Below the pieces are notes generated by a model that was not told the DNA's origin, did no database searches, and worked only from the letters and a program-made list of their open reading frames with translations. DNA of 38,308 nucleotides from Odoribacteraceae bacterium (GTDB lineage Bacteria > Bacteroidota > Bacteroidia > Bacteroidales > Marinifilaceae), in assembly GCA_031279175.1 (NCBI GenBank), contig JAITJA010000214.1, forward strand, positions 1-38,308, in the 5' to 3' direction. A program made the position numbers and the translations under genes. Below, piece after piece: positions 7,272 to 17,162 of this stretch; the stretch's first letter is position 1; the number at the start of each line of letters is the position of its first letter.

Positions 7272-9491
7272 TTAAAGTGCCCGCCACTTAAGGCGTAGTG
7301 AGTTTAATACTACCGAAAGGGAGCTGACGGTCATGGCCGCCGCCGCAATCATCGGATCGAGGAGGAAACCGTTCAGCGGGTAGAGTATACCTGCCGCCAC
7401 GGGAATCGCGATCACGTTGTAGACGAAAGCCCAAAAGAGGTTCTGTCGAACGGTAGCGAGCGTCCGGAGAGAAAGAGCGAAAGCCCTGTCCAGCACACGC
7501 AGGTCGGTTGTCAAGAGGGTAACTCCCGCCGTCTCGATCGCGACACCGGCGCCCTTCCCCATCGCTATCCCCACGTCCGCGCGAGCCAGCGCCCCGGCAT
7601 CGTTGATCCCGTCGCCGACCATCGCCACTACGCGACCCGACTGCTGTAACTCGCGGATGAAACGCTCCTTGTCAGTGGGCAATACCCCGGACGCGAAAAG
7701 CGAGATATCCAGACGACGTGCCACAACAGCAGCAGCCCGCTCGTTATCGCCCGTCAACATGTACACGTCGAGGTCTCGCTTCCGGAGCAATCGGATGGTC
7801 GGTGCGGCGCTCTCCCGAATCTCGTCCGCCACCGCGATCACGGCAAGCACCTGCCCGCCACCAACAGGAGACACCAGCGCAAAGAACAGCACCGTCTCGC
7901 CCAGCGCCTCTCGTGCTTCCCACTCCGCGAGCGCGTTATTTTGCAACGCGATTCCTCGTTCGGAGAGCAAGCGTTCGTTACCTACCACGTACTCCTCTCC
8001 ACGAATATTACCGGTGATCCCTCGCCCGGGCAGCGCCTCAAAACACGTGATCTCTCCCGCAGGTAGCGTCCCTTTCTCCTCCAGCGCCCGCGTCACGGCA
8101 TCCGCCAGCGGGTGTCCCGACTGCCGCTCCAGGGAAAGTAACACCGGAGCTCGCGTATCGTCCACCAACCACGCGATCGTCGTCACCACCGGCACTCCAG
8201 CCGTGATCGTGCCCGTCTTATCCAGCACGACGGTGTTCACGCGGCTCAATAGCTCCAGGCAGGAGGCGTCCTTGAATAGCACGCGACGCGTCGCCCCTTT
8301 CCCGATCCCTACCATGATCGCCAATGGCGTAGCCAAACCCAGCGCACAGGGACAGGCAATTACCAGTACCGTGATCGACGACAGCAGGGCCAGCGGGAAC
8401 ACCGACATCCCGCCCGCGATGATCCATGTAATAAAGGTGAGCACGGACACGCACGCCACCACCGGAACGAAAATGCCCGCCACACGATCCGCGAGCCGTT
8501 GCACCGGCACTTTACTTCCCCGCGCCTCGCGCGTTAGCCGGATAATCCGCGCCAGCAGTGCGTCACTCTCCTCTTTCTCTACCCGCACGCGGAGAGCGCC
8601 CTGCCCGTTGATGCTCCCCGCGTAGACAACGTCGCCCTCGACCTTCTCCACCGGCAACGGCTCACCGGTGATCATACTCTCGTCAACGAAGGAGTTACCC
8701 CACGTTACCGCACCGTCCGCCGGCACGCGACCTCCCGGCTTCACGACGAGCACGTCCCCCACGCATATTTCTCGCACCGGGATCTCCTCCTCGCCACCGG
8801 GAACGAGCCTGATGGCCGTCGGCGGCTGCATCTCGACCAGTTGCTTGATGGCCGCCGAGACACTGGAACGCGCATGTGCCTCGAGGTGTCGCCCCAGCAG
8901 GACAAGGGCAATCACCACCGCCGCCGCCTCGTAATAGAGGTGCACGCCGCCCCCGTGATGCAGGAGACCAGGCCACAGCGTGACGAAGAGGCTGAAGAGA
9001 AAGGCTATCCCCGCACTCATCGCTACGAGGGTATCCATGTCCGCCTGACCGCGACGCACCCGGAGCCACGCCCGCGCAAAGATGCCGCGACCGGGAAAGA
9101 GAAGCACCGGGAGCGTGAGGAGTAACATCACCCACCGGCCAGCTTCCCACTCCATGAAGCACATCCCGATCACCAGTACGGGAGCGGCCAGCAGGATAGC
9201 CGTCACCGCATTGCGCCGCGATTGCCGGTATTCCTGTCGTTGCAGGCGCTCCTCCTCTTCCGCCGACCGGTCATCGAGCGTCACCAGACCGTATCCGGCG
9301 GCCTCCACCGCCTGCTTTAATCCCGTAACGGTCACCTGCCGCAAGTCGAACTCGACGCGCACCGTCGCGTCCGCGAAATTCACCCGCGCTTCCAGCACAC
9401 CGGCCCGAGCTTTTAGTGCACGTTCCACGGTGACGGCACATCCCGCACAGCCCATGCCGGTCACCCGGAAATATTCCTTGATACGTTCCAT
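7272..9491 (-). CDS. copA: Heavy-metal (copper-type) translocating P1B-type ATPase
   Basis: N-terminal HMA domain has GMGCAGC. The transmembrane motif is CPC (ACPCALGLATP). The phosphorylation site is DKTGT, with SGHPLA and GDGINDA also present. Metal specificity is inferred only from the CPC/HMA pattern. Confidence 0.9.
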   Translation of the reverse strand: MERIKEYFRVTGMGCAGCAVTVERALKARAGVLEARVNFADATVRVEFDLRQVTVTGLKQAVEAAGYGLVTLDDRSAEEEERLQRQEYRQSRRNAVTAILLAAPVLVIGMCFMEWEAGRWVMLLLTLPVLLFPGRGIFARAWLRVRRGQADMDTLVAMSAGIAFLFSLFVTLWPGLLHHGGGVHLYYEAAAVVIALVLLGRHLEAHARSSVSAAIKQLVEMQPPTAIRLVPGGEEEIPVREICVGDVLVVKPGGRVPADGAVTWGNSFVDESMITGEPLPVEKVEGDVVYAGSINGQGALRVRVEKEESDALLARIIRLTREARGSKVPVQRLADRVAGIFVPVVACVSVLTFITWIIAGGMSVFPLALLSSITVLVIACPCALGLATPLAIMVGIGKGATRRVLFKDASCLELLSRVNTVVLDKTGTITAGVPVVTTIAWLVDDTRAPVLLSLERQSGHPLADAVTRALEEKGTLPAGEITCFEALPGRGITGNIRGEEYVVGNERLLSERGIALQNNALAEWEAREALGETVLFFALVSPVGGGQVLAVIAVADEIRESAAPTIRLLRKRDLDVYMLTGDNERAAAVVARRLDISLFASGVLPTDKERFIRELQQSGRVVAMVGDGINDAGALARADVGIAMGKGAGVAIETAGVTLLTTDLRVLDRAFALSLRTLATVRQNLFWAFVYNVIAIPVAAGILYPLNGFLLDPMIAAAAMTVSSLSVVLNSLRLKWRAL

Positions 9492-9622
9492 TAGATAACG
9501 TTAGCTAAATCTTCTTGCACGGGCACGCAAGCTTGCCGCGGAGGTATGACGCGTCGGCGACAGGTAGTGCTGGCATGTCGTGATATATTCACTCGTGGTT
9601 TCATTTGGCCGGAAACACCTTA

Positions 9623-11515
9623 TTAGAGGGTGGAGACGGAGAGCAATTCACGTAGCCGAAGATAGATGGATTCAGCATCCAGACCGCACTCGCGCAGGAG
9701 TTGCTCGTGCGTGCCGTGTTCCACGAAGCGATCAGGAATCCCGAGGCGAACGATCCGCGCAGGACAATCGTGATCAATCGCGAACTCGGCGACGGCACTC
9801 CCCAGTCCACCAACGAGCGTACCTTCCTCGATGGTGACGACGAAGCGGAAACGGGAGAGGAGATCGTGCAACAACTCCTCGTCCAACGGTTTCAAGAAGC
9901 GCATGTCATAGAGAGCGACACTCCCCGGCGGGCATTGCCGGACAGCTTTCATGGCCTCGTTACCGATCGTCCCGATCGAGACTATAGCGATCCTGTCGCC
10001 CTCGACGAGACATCGTCCCTTGCCTACCTCGAGCGCGACGTAAGGAGTCTCCCATTCTGCCGTCGTGCCATTTCCCCGCGGGTATCGTATCGAGAAAGGG
10101 CCTTTCCCGGGGAGCTGTGCGGTATACATCATATTCCTTAGTTCGCTCTCGTCGAGCGGTGCGGCCACAGTCATGTTGGGCACACCGCGAAGAAACGAGA
10201 GGTCGAAAACGCCGTGATGCGTCGCCCCGTCCGCCCCGACAAGCCCGCCGCGATCGAGACACAAGACCACCGGGAGGCGTTGTAGCGCGACGTCGTGAAT
10301 CACCTGGTCGTAGGCCCGCTGCATGAACGAGGAGTAGATGTTGCAAAAAGGGATAAGCCCGCTCGCGGCCAGGCCGGCGGAGAATGTGACCGCGTGCTGC
10401 TCGGCGATACCGACATCGAAGCAACGATCGGGCAGCTCCCGCATCATGATGTTCAGCGAGCAGCCGGTAGGCATGGCCGGCGTGATCCCGACGATCCTGG
10501 GATTGGCACGGGCCAAGTCGAGTAGCGTGTATCCGAAGACCTCCTGGTAGAGCGGGGGGGAATTCGACAGTGGTTCCTTGATAATTTCCCCGGTATCCTT
10601 GTTGAACTTCCCCGGTGCATGCCAGACCGTCTGTTCGATCTCGGCCTGCTTGAAGCCACGCCCCTTGACGGTAAGGCAGTGCAGAAGCTTGGGGCCTTTG
10701 ATCGCCTTCAGGTCGCGGAGCACCTTGACGAGATGGATCACGTCGTGCCCGTCGACCGGCCCGAAGTAGCGCAGGCCGAATGCCTCGAAGAGATTCCCCT
10801 GTTTCATGACAAGCGATTTGATACTATTGTCAATCTTCTGGATGAAGTTGCGCGTACCGGGACTGATCCGGTTAAACTTGCCGAGTAGATGCCAGACATC
10901 CTCCTTGATCTTATTATATGTCTTGGAGGTCGCGATATCGAGGAGATACTCGTTCATCCCGCCGACGTTCGGGTCGATAGCCATGTTGTTATCGTTAAGA
11001 ATGACCAACAGGTTGGCGTTATTGATCCCGGCGTTATTCAGTCCCTCGAAGGCAAGACCGCCAGTCATGGCTCCATCCCCGATGACGGCGACGGACAATC
11101 GCTCCTCCTCGCTATTCATCTTGGCGGCGACGGCCATCCCGAGCGCGGCGGAGATAGAGGTAGAGGAGTGCCCCGTGCCGAAGGAGTCGTACTCGCTTTC
11201 ATCTCGACGGGGGAAGCCGCTAATACCCTTGTACTGGCGATTGGTGTGGAAGACGTCCCTTCTCCCGGTAAGGATCTTGTGAGCGTATGCCTGGTGTCCG
11301 ACGTCCCAGACCAAGTTATCGCGAGGGGTGTCAAAGACGTAGTGCAACGCGACGGTCAACTCGACAACGCCGAGCGCCGCCCCGAAGTGACCGGGATGCT
11401 CGGCACATTCGTCGATGATCTTGCCGCGCAACTCCTCGCAGAGGCACGGCAGTTCTTTCTCCGTTAATCGCTTTAGCTCTTCCGGGGAGTTGATCTTTTC
11501 TAACAAGGATTCCAT
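9623..11515 (-). CDS. dxs: 1-deoxy-D-xylulose-5-phosphate synthase
   Basis: N-terminus is MESLLEKINSPEELKRL...GH. The TPP-binding motif is GDGAMTGGLAFEGLNNAG, and the transketolase-like Pyr and C-terminal domains follow. The ATG at 11515 sits 1 nt after the pyrH stop, so the track start at 11539 is rejected. Confidence 0.95.
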   Translation of the reverse strand: MESLLEKINSPEELKRLTEKELPCLCEELRGKIIDECAEHPGHFGAALGVVELTVALHYVFDTPRDNLVWDVGHQAYAHKILTGRRDVFHTNRQYKGISGFPRRDESEYDSFGTGHSSTSISAALGMAVAAKMNSEEERLSVAVIGDGAMTGGLAFEGLNNAGINNANLLVILNDNNMAIDPNVGGMNEYLLDIATSKTYNKIKEDVWHLLGKFNRISPGTRNFIQKIDNSIKSLVMKQGNLFEAFGLRYFGPVDGHDVIHLVKVLRDLKAIKGPKLLHCLTVKGRGFKQAEIEQTVWHAPGKFNKDTGEIIKEPLSNSPPLYQEVFGYTLLDLARANPRIVGITPAMPTGCSLNIMMRELPDRCFDVGIAEQHAVTFSAGLAASGLIPFCNIYSSFMQRAYDQVIHDVALQRLPVVLCLDRGGLVGADGATHHGVFDLSFLRGVPNMTVAAPLDESELRNMMYTAQLPGKGPFSIRYPRGNGTTAEWETPYVALEVGKGRCLVEGDRIAIVSIGTIGNEAMKAVRQCPPGSVALYDMRFLKPLDEELLHDLLSRFRFVVTIEEGTLVGGLGSAVAEFAIDHDCPARIVRLGIPDRFVEHGTHEQLLRECGLDAESIYLRLRELLSVSTL

Positions 11516-11516
11516 G

Positions 11517-12233
11517 CTAATAGACCACCGTGCCGACATTCTCTCCCGTCACCACCCGTTTCAGGTTACCGGGAACGTCCATGTTGAATACGACGAGAGG
11601 CAGTCCGTTTTCTTTACACAGCGTGGTTGCTGTCAGGTCCATCACTTTCAATCCCAGGCGATATATTTCGTCGTGAGAGATCCGTTCGAACTTGGTGGCG
11701 GTGGGATCTTTTTCCGGGTCGGCGGTATACACTCCATCCACGCGAGTACCTTTAAGGAGAATATCCGCGTTGATCTCGATTGCCCGCAGGCTACCGGCCG
11801 TATCGGTAGTAAAGAGTGGGTTACCCGTACCGCCGCTGAAGATAACGACGTGACCCGATCGGAGGTATTCTATCGCCCGTTCTCTCGCGTAATACTCGCC
11901 GACAGGCTCCACGCGGAGGGCGGTCATCACCTTGCAAGGCTGTCCCTCGCGTTCCAGCGCCGAGCACAGGGCCAGTCCGTTAATAACCGTGGCTAACATC
12001 CCCATTTGGTCGCCCGTCACGCGATCCACCCCGGTGCGCGTACCGCTTAGTCCCCGGAAGATATTCCCTCCACCGATGACAATGCCGATCTCCGCGCCCA
12101 TCCGGGCCACCTCGCACACCTGCCGCGCGTAGCTCTCCAGGCACGCGGGATCTATCCCGCGACCGGCCTCTCCCGCCAGGGATTCGCCGCTTAGTTTCAA
12201 TAGTATTCGTTTATACTGCATATCACTTTTCAC
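11517..12233 (-). CDS. pyrH: UMP kinase
   Basis: YKRILLKLSGESLAG and GGGNIFRG amino-acid-kinase-fold motifs are present. Length is typical at 238 aa. Confidence 0.95.
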   Translation of the reverse strand: MKSDMQYKRILLKLSGESLAGEAGRGIDPACLESYARQVCEVARMGAEIGIVIGGGNIFRGLSGTRTGVDRVTGDQMGMLATVINGLALCSALEREGQPCKVMTALRVEPVGEYYARERAIEYLRSGHVVIFSGGTGNPLFTTDTAGSLRAIEINADILLKGTRVDGVYTADPEKDPTATKFERISHDEIYRLGLKVMDLTATTLCKENGLPLVVFNMDVPGNLKRVVTGENVGTVVY

Positions 12234-12253
12234 GTCATGTTACGAGAGCAAAG

Positions 12254-13651
12254 CTAATCAATTTTGTCGTATTCCACGTACAGTTGCCCGGACTGGAACT
12301 TGATGACCTTGACGCGAGAGCCTTTCTCTATGTAATCGCCCGTGTTCGATACGGCGTCATACACCTCGTCATCAACGAGCACTTTCCCTGCCGGGCGCAG
12401 GCTCGTGAAGGCAGTACCACGCTTCCCGATCTCTTTACGCGCCGTCATATCTACACCGACGAAACCCTCTTCGACGGGCGTCGTCGCGTGCAACGCCAGT
12501 CGTAAACCGCGTAAACCGAATAGCTTTCGACCCAGCCACAAGGACAAAAGTAAAGAGAGCGCCGCGCAACTCGACACGAAAAATAACGAGTAAATCAAAT
12601 CGTTCGCGAACTCCCCGGCAAAGTCAAACGAGAACTCCTCCATGCCGGCCAGCGCCAACGATCCCATGATGCACGCGATGCCGGACACTCCAGCTATGCC
12701 GAAGCCGGGAATCACGAAGATCTCCAGCAGTAGCAGGATCACGCCGACCACGAAGAGTATGATCTCAATATACGTCGCCAGGCCTTCCAGGTAGAGCGGG
12801 GAAAAATAAAGCGCGCACGCCGTCACGGCAGCCACCAGCGGGAAACCCACGCCCGGCGTTTGCAACTCGAAATAGATACCGCCGATGATAATCATGATCA
12901 ACAGCCCCTGCACCACCGGGTGAACGAGGAAACCGATCAGGCGGTCGAGCGCCGTCACGCGGTACTCGCGCAATTCGTAACGCGTCACTCCCTCGCGCCG
13001 GATCACCTCCTCGACAGACGCGGCGACGCCGTCACAGAAACCGTGTTCCATCGCCTCGTGGGCGGTAAACGAGACCACCTTCCCCCGTTCCGACACGCCA
13101 TCGACCTCCATCTCTTCATCCACCATGGCCTCGGCAATCGCCGGATCGCGTCGCCACGATATCCTCCTCTCCCCGTTCACCGTCACCGTGTCCATTCCCT
13201 TTGCCTGCGCGGTGGCGCGCATCATCGAGCGCATATACGACTGCACCTTATCCGGTTGCTTCTCCCCCGTACCGTCGACGACGGTTGCCGCGCCGATGCT
13301 TGCTCCCTCGCTCATGTAGATCCGGTCGCACGCGATCGAGATCAACGCGCCGGCCGACGCCGCGTTATTATCAACAAAAACCCACACCGGGACAGGGCAA
13401 CGCAATATCATACTCCGTAGCGAATCGGCATGTATCACCGTACCGCCATACGTGTTCAAGTGAATAACGATATACCGCGCCCCTTCCTTCAGCGCCTGAT
13501 CGAAGGAACGACGAGCGAGGCGCCAAGACGAGGCGCCGATCTCCTCCTTTATATCCACCTTGTAGACCACGTCGGGGTGCTCGTTCCCCGCGCCGGGAAA
13601 CGGGCAGACGAGGAGGCTCGTCAACAGCAAGAATAATCTTATTATCTTCAT
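12254..13651 (-). CDS. NfeD-family membrane-bound ClpP-class serine protease (long NfeD1b type)
   Basis: Signal peptide is MKIIRLFLLLTSLLVCPFPGAG. The ClpP/SppA-like domain shows HLNTYGGTV...NNAASAGALISIACD. A central block of transmembrane helices follows. The C-terminal NfeD OB-fold reads GKVLVDDEVYDAVS...VKVIKF. The ATG at 13651 is preferred over the track start at 13765. Confidence 0.85.
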   Translation of the reverse strand: MKIIRLFLLLTSLLVCPFPGAGNEHPDVVYKVDIKEEIGASSWRLARRSFDQALKEGARYIVIHLNTYGGTVIHADSLRSMILRCPVPVWVFVDNNAASAGALISIACDRIYMSEGASIGAATVVDGTGEKQPDKVQSYMRSMMRATAQAKGMDTVTVNGERRISWRRDPAIAEAMVDEEMEVDGVSERGKVVSFTAHEAMEHGFCDGVAASVEEVIRREGVTRYELREYRVTALDRLIGFLVHPVVQGLLIMIIIGGIYFELQTPGVGFPLVAAVTACALYFSPLYLEGLATYIEIILFVVGVILLLLEIFVIPGFGIAGVSGIACIMGSLALAGMEEFSFDFAGEFANDLIYSLFFVSSCAALSLLLSLWLGRKLFGLRGLRLALHATTPVEEGFVGVDMTARKEIGKRGTAFTSLRPAGKVLVDDEVYDAVSNTGDYIEKGSRVKVIKFQSGQLYVEYDKID

Positions 13652-13701
13652 TGTATCGTGTATTAATTTCAGGGTATCACGCGAATATAGCTTGAAAAAC
13701 G

Positions 13702-14469
13702 CTAATGCTGTTGCTCTATCGCGACAGACGCGGCGATAACGGCCAACAGCGACATGAACGAGCAAGTGAACAGCGACCAGAGCGGGAGAAGGAGCGACAA
13801 CACGAACACGCCCCCCACTCCCACGGCGACGCCGACATGCCGGTGAATGAACCCGATCCCCTCGCTAACGGTAAAGCGTTTTCGTTCCACGGCATAATCC
13901 ATGAAGGCAAAACCGTAAAAGTAAGAGGAGGCCAGGAACCCGGCGAGGGGCGTCAGCAAGCCCGCGAGCGGGATAAACGAACAGACGAACAGTAAAATCA
14001 GCACCAGTGTTTGCAGCAACATGCTCCCGAAGGCAAGCAGCGCCCCGCGGCCAGCCTCCCACAAGAACCGGCGCCAGCGAAAAGGATAGCGGCGACCCGA
14101 CAAGCGCGCCTCGACGCGTTCGGAGAGCCACGAGTATACCGGCGACATTACCGCCATCACCAGGTAGCCGCCCCAAAACAGGAAAGAAAAGTAGTAGATC
14201 ACCCGCAACAACCACCGCGCGAGCACACCGGCAACAGTGCCGGCCCATCCCAACCACGCGCGTTCCATCGTCCAACCCGTCACGCGCGTCTCCAAACCGC
14301 TTGCCAGATTATCGCCCCACTCCTCGACGAAGAGCCCGCCGAGCGCGAACAGAAGAATAGTCACTGCAACCGGGAAAAGCATGAACCACCACAATTGCCT
14401 GCTAAATAGCAACGAAAACGCCCGACCGTACGCGCCGATCCCGACGCCGATTCCTTTAAAAAAACCCAT
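13702..14469 (-). CDS. EI24/CysZ-like integral membrane protein
   Basis: Several hydrophobic helices are present. The N-terminus MGFFKGIGVGIGAYGRAFSLLFSRQLWWFMLFP resembles EI24-domain (DUF540/CysZ-like) proteins of Bacteroidales. The family call comes from memory of that pattern only. Confidence 0.55.
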   Translation of the reverse strand: MGFFKGIGVGIGAYGRAFSLLFSRQLWWFMLFPVAVTILLFALGGLFVEEWGDNLASGLETRVTGWTMERAWLGWAGTVAGVLARWLLRVIYYFSFLFWGGYLVMAVMSPVYSWLSERVEARLSGRRYPFRWRRFLWEAGRGALLAFGSMLLQTLVLILLFVCSFIPLAGLLTPLAGFLASSYFYGFAFMDYAVERKRFTVSEGIGFIHRHVGVAVGVGGVFVLSLLLPLWSLFTCSFMSLLAVIAASVAIEQQH

Positions 14470-14489
14470 GATCTATTATCTTCAGGATA

Positions 14490-15287
14490 TCATATCCATC
14501 GTCCTGTCGCGGCCCGTTTCCTCCCCCGGGCTGGTTTCTCGCTATCGAAGCCCGGTCGTTTAAAGCCAACCGCTCCCGGGAAGCGCGTCGTCAACTCCTC
14601 GCGAATCTGCTCGAGCGTGACCACTATCCAGTTGATTTTCGCGCAGACTTCCGGCAACTCGTCGCGCAGCACCGTCCACGCCTTCACGGAGGCGTCCGCG
14701 GCGAGCAGGGCCACCTTAGCCGAGCCGGCAGCATCCGCGAGCGCCATCACGGGAACAGAACACGCGTAATAAGCTCGCTTCAACTTGGAGTACAACAGAT
14801 CCATGTACCAGTTCACCTCCGAGAGAGACTCCTCCACGCGCCGCACGCGCTCGAGGTCCCCGGCATTATCCTCGATCCGGTCGAGCATCTCGTACAATGA
14901 TTCTTGTTGCTCGTCGATCAACAGCTCGTATATACAAAAACAATAATAAACGTCCTGCTCGCGAAGCAGCGAGAACGCCTCATCGTCGTCCTCGTCGCCT
15001 TCCGCCTTCTCCAGTTCCTCCCGCGTCCCTTCCAGTTGATCCTCGCCCAGCAACGATTCCGGGGTCGCGCCGCGATCGCGCGCTATCGCGTAGATAGCCT
15101 CCTCCTCCAGCGAGAACGAGAGCGATTCATAACCGTCCGCGAGCGGGAGGTCTTTTCTCGCGGTTATCCATTTCTCCACGGCATGGCTCAAGCAACGAGA
15201 AGTCAACTGGCATCGCGCGCACCACCGGTCGCAGTAATCATGAATATACGGCACGAACGTATCGCGTGGCTTCTTTCTCCTCAACAT
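14490..15287 (-). CDS. Hypothetical cytoplasmic protein with an N-terminal CX3CX2CX5C cysteine cluster and an acidic helical body
   Basis: A 265-aa ORF with coding-like composition and no signal peptide. The cluster CDRWCARCQLTSRC lies at residues 19-32. There is a D/E-rich stretch (EKAEGDEDDDEA). I recognise no family. Confidence 0.7.
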   Translation of the reverse strand: MLRRKKPRDTFVPYIHDYCDRWCARCQLTSRCLSHAVEKWITARKDLPLADGYESLSFSLEEEAIYAIARDRGATPESLLGEDQLEGTREELEKAEGDEDDDEAFSLLREQDVYYCFCIYELLIDEQQESLYEMLDRIEDNAGDLERVRRVEESLSEVNWYMDLLYSKLKRAYYACSVPVMALADAAGSAKVALLAADASVKAWTVLRDELPEVCAKINWIVVTLEQIREELTTRFPGAVGFKRPGFDSEKPARGRKRAATGRWI

Positions 15288-15488
15288 ATTCCCACCCGCG
15301 CGATATTCCTCTCCCGGACTTCTTCATCCCCTGTTGGCGCGACGCGTCCACTGGTTGCCATAAATAAAATCACATTCCTTCCTCTCATGTTGTTTCTGTT
15401 ATTGCATTGATTCACCGCGAATATATTCACGCGTTTCGACATACACAATCTTTTTCGAGGCCTCACCGGCGCGGTCTCTTTATTTCAT

Positions 15489-15496
15489 TACATTTG
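15489..15496 (+). promoter_or_regulatory. Candidate Bacteroidetes -7 promoter box (TAnnTTTG) for tilS
   Basis: TACATTTG lies 21 nt upstream of the tilS ATG at 15518. I see no convincing -33 TTTG at the expected spacing. Confidence 0.25.
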
Positions 15497-15517
15497 GGAA
15501 CGAAAACAACGCGAATA

Positions 15518-16867
15518 ATGATCAATACCATTAAAACATTCTTCGAGACCCACGGCGTCGACCCCGGGGCGCGATTTATCATTGCCGTTAGTGGCGGGGC
15601 GGATTCCATCGCGTTACTACATGCTTTCAGGTACATGAACGCGGACATACTCGCGCTGCACTGCAATTTCACGTTACGAGGACGGGAGTCGGACATGGAC
15701 GAACAATTTGTAAAGCGCTTTTGCAATACCCACGGGATACAACACTCCGTGAAGCGTTTCGACGCCCGCGCCGTCGCCAAGGAGCGGGGAATTAGCATCG
15801 AGATGGCCGCGAGGGAGCTGAGGCGAGAATGGTTCGAGGATACCCGCGCGAGGAAAAACAGGGACTATATCGTTCTCGGGCATCACGCCGACGACCAGGC
15901 CGAGACGCTACTACTCAATATCTGTCGGGGATCCGGCGTCAGGGGATTCGCCGGGATGCATCCCGTTAACGATCGCCTGCTACGACCGTTACTCGAGCGT
16001 TCCCGCGAGGAAATCAGGGCATACATCGAGGCCAACCACCTCGTCTTTCGCGTCGACTCTTCCAACGCGTCGCTCGATTACACCCGCAACAAGATTCGCC
16101 ATCAAGTAATCCCCGTACTCAAGGAGATAAACCCCGCCTTTCTACGCGGGGCGCTGGAAACATGCAAGATCATGGACGAGACGGCGCGCGTCTATCTTCA
16201 CGGGATCGAGCAACTCGCGCGGCAAGTCTCCTGCTGCAAGGACGGTGAATTGCTCATCGATATTCGCGCGCTCGTCTCCTCCCCGGCGCCGCGCGCGCTT
16301 TTATTCGAAATCCTGCGCCCGTACGGTTTCAACGCCGCGCGCGTCGACGACGTGCTCGAGAGCAGCAAGGCCATCCCCGGAAAGAAATTTCGCGCCGGCG
16401 ACTATCTCCTCGCGCGCGACCGCGATTGCTGGCGGCTATTCAAGACCAACGGGGAGGAGCGAATCCCCGCGTCGATCGACGGGCCGGGAGTGCATCGCGT
16501 CGGGCAACTTATTTTTCGTCTCGACGAGAAGCCTGTCGACGACGACTTCGCGATCCCGACGGGAGACCATGTCGCCTGTCTCGACCGCGACAAGTTGATT
16601 TTCCCTCTCATCGCGCGACACTGGCGCGAGGGCGATCGCTTTTGCCCCCTCGGCATGAAACGGAGCACGAAGAAGCTAAGTGACTTCTTCACCGACAGGA
16701 AATTTAGCGCCAGGCAAAAGCAAGAATGTGTACTGTTACTATCCGGGAACGAGATTACCTGGGTGGTCGGCCATCGCGTCGACGACCGTTACAGGATAAC
16801 GCCAATGACCCGCCGCGCGCTCGTGATCACGGTCGAGCGAATACCGTCCGCGGGAATCCAACACTAA
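15518..16867 (+). CDS. tilS: tRNA(Ile)-lysidine synthase
   Basis: PP-loop motif is AVSGGADSIALL. The region LGHHADDQAETLLLN is conserved, as is the C-terminal TilS domain (KKLSDFFTDRKF...). The ATG at 15518 is preferred over the track start at 15407. Confidence 0.92.
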   Translation: MINTIKTFFETHGVDPGARFIIAVSGGADSIALLHAFRYMNADILALHCNFTLRGRESDMDEQFVKRFCNTHGIQHSVKRFDARAVAKERGISIEMAARELRREWFEDTRARKNRDYIVLGHHADDQAETLLLNICRGSGVRGFAGMHPVNDRLLRPLLERSREEIRAYIEANHLVFRVDSSNASLDYTRNKIRHQVIPVLKEINPAFLRGALETCKIMDETARVYLHGIEQLARQVSCCKDGELLIDIRALVSSPAPRALLFEILRPYGFNAARVDDVLESSKAIPGKKFRAGDYLLARDRDCWRLFKTNGEERIPASIDGPGVHRVGQLIFRLDEKPVDDDFAIPTGDHVACLDRDKLIFPLIARHWREGDRFCPLGMKRSTKKLSDFFTDRKFSARQKQECVLLLSGNEITWVVGHRVDDRYRITPMTRRALVITVERIPSAGIQH

Positions 16868-16886
16868 AACACGAACGGTATCTATC

Positions 16887-17155
16887 GTTTCGCGCCTGCG
16901 CGAAACCGTCTCGGGATTTCCCGAGAACGCTTCGCGCAGACGCGAAACCGTCTCGGGATTTCCCGAGAACACTTCGCGCAGCCGCGAAACCGTCTCGGGA
17001 TTTCCCGAGAACACTTCGCGCAGACGCGAAACCGTCTCGGGAGTTCCCGAGAACACTTCGCGCGGGCGCGAAACCGTCTCGGGATTTCCCGAGAACACTT
17101 CGCGCGGGCGCGAAACCATCTCGGGATTTCCCGAGAACACTTCGCGCGGGCGCGA
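16887..17155. repeat. Tandem array of six 42-bp nested-palindrome units (CGCGAAACCGTCTCGGGATTTCCCGAGAACACTTCGCGC-NNN) plus flanking half units
   Basis: Unit starts at 16899, 16941, 16983, 17025, 17067 and 17109 give an exact 42-bp phase. The inner palindrome is TCTCGGGA-TT-TCCCGAGA, the outer arms are CGCGAA/TTCGCG, and the junction palindrome is TTCGCG-N4-CGCGAA. Only about 5 variable positions occur and there are no spacers. Confidence 0.92.
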
Positions 17156-17162
17156 TAAAAAA

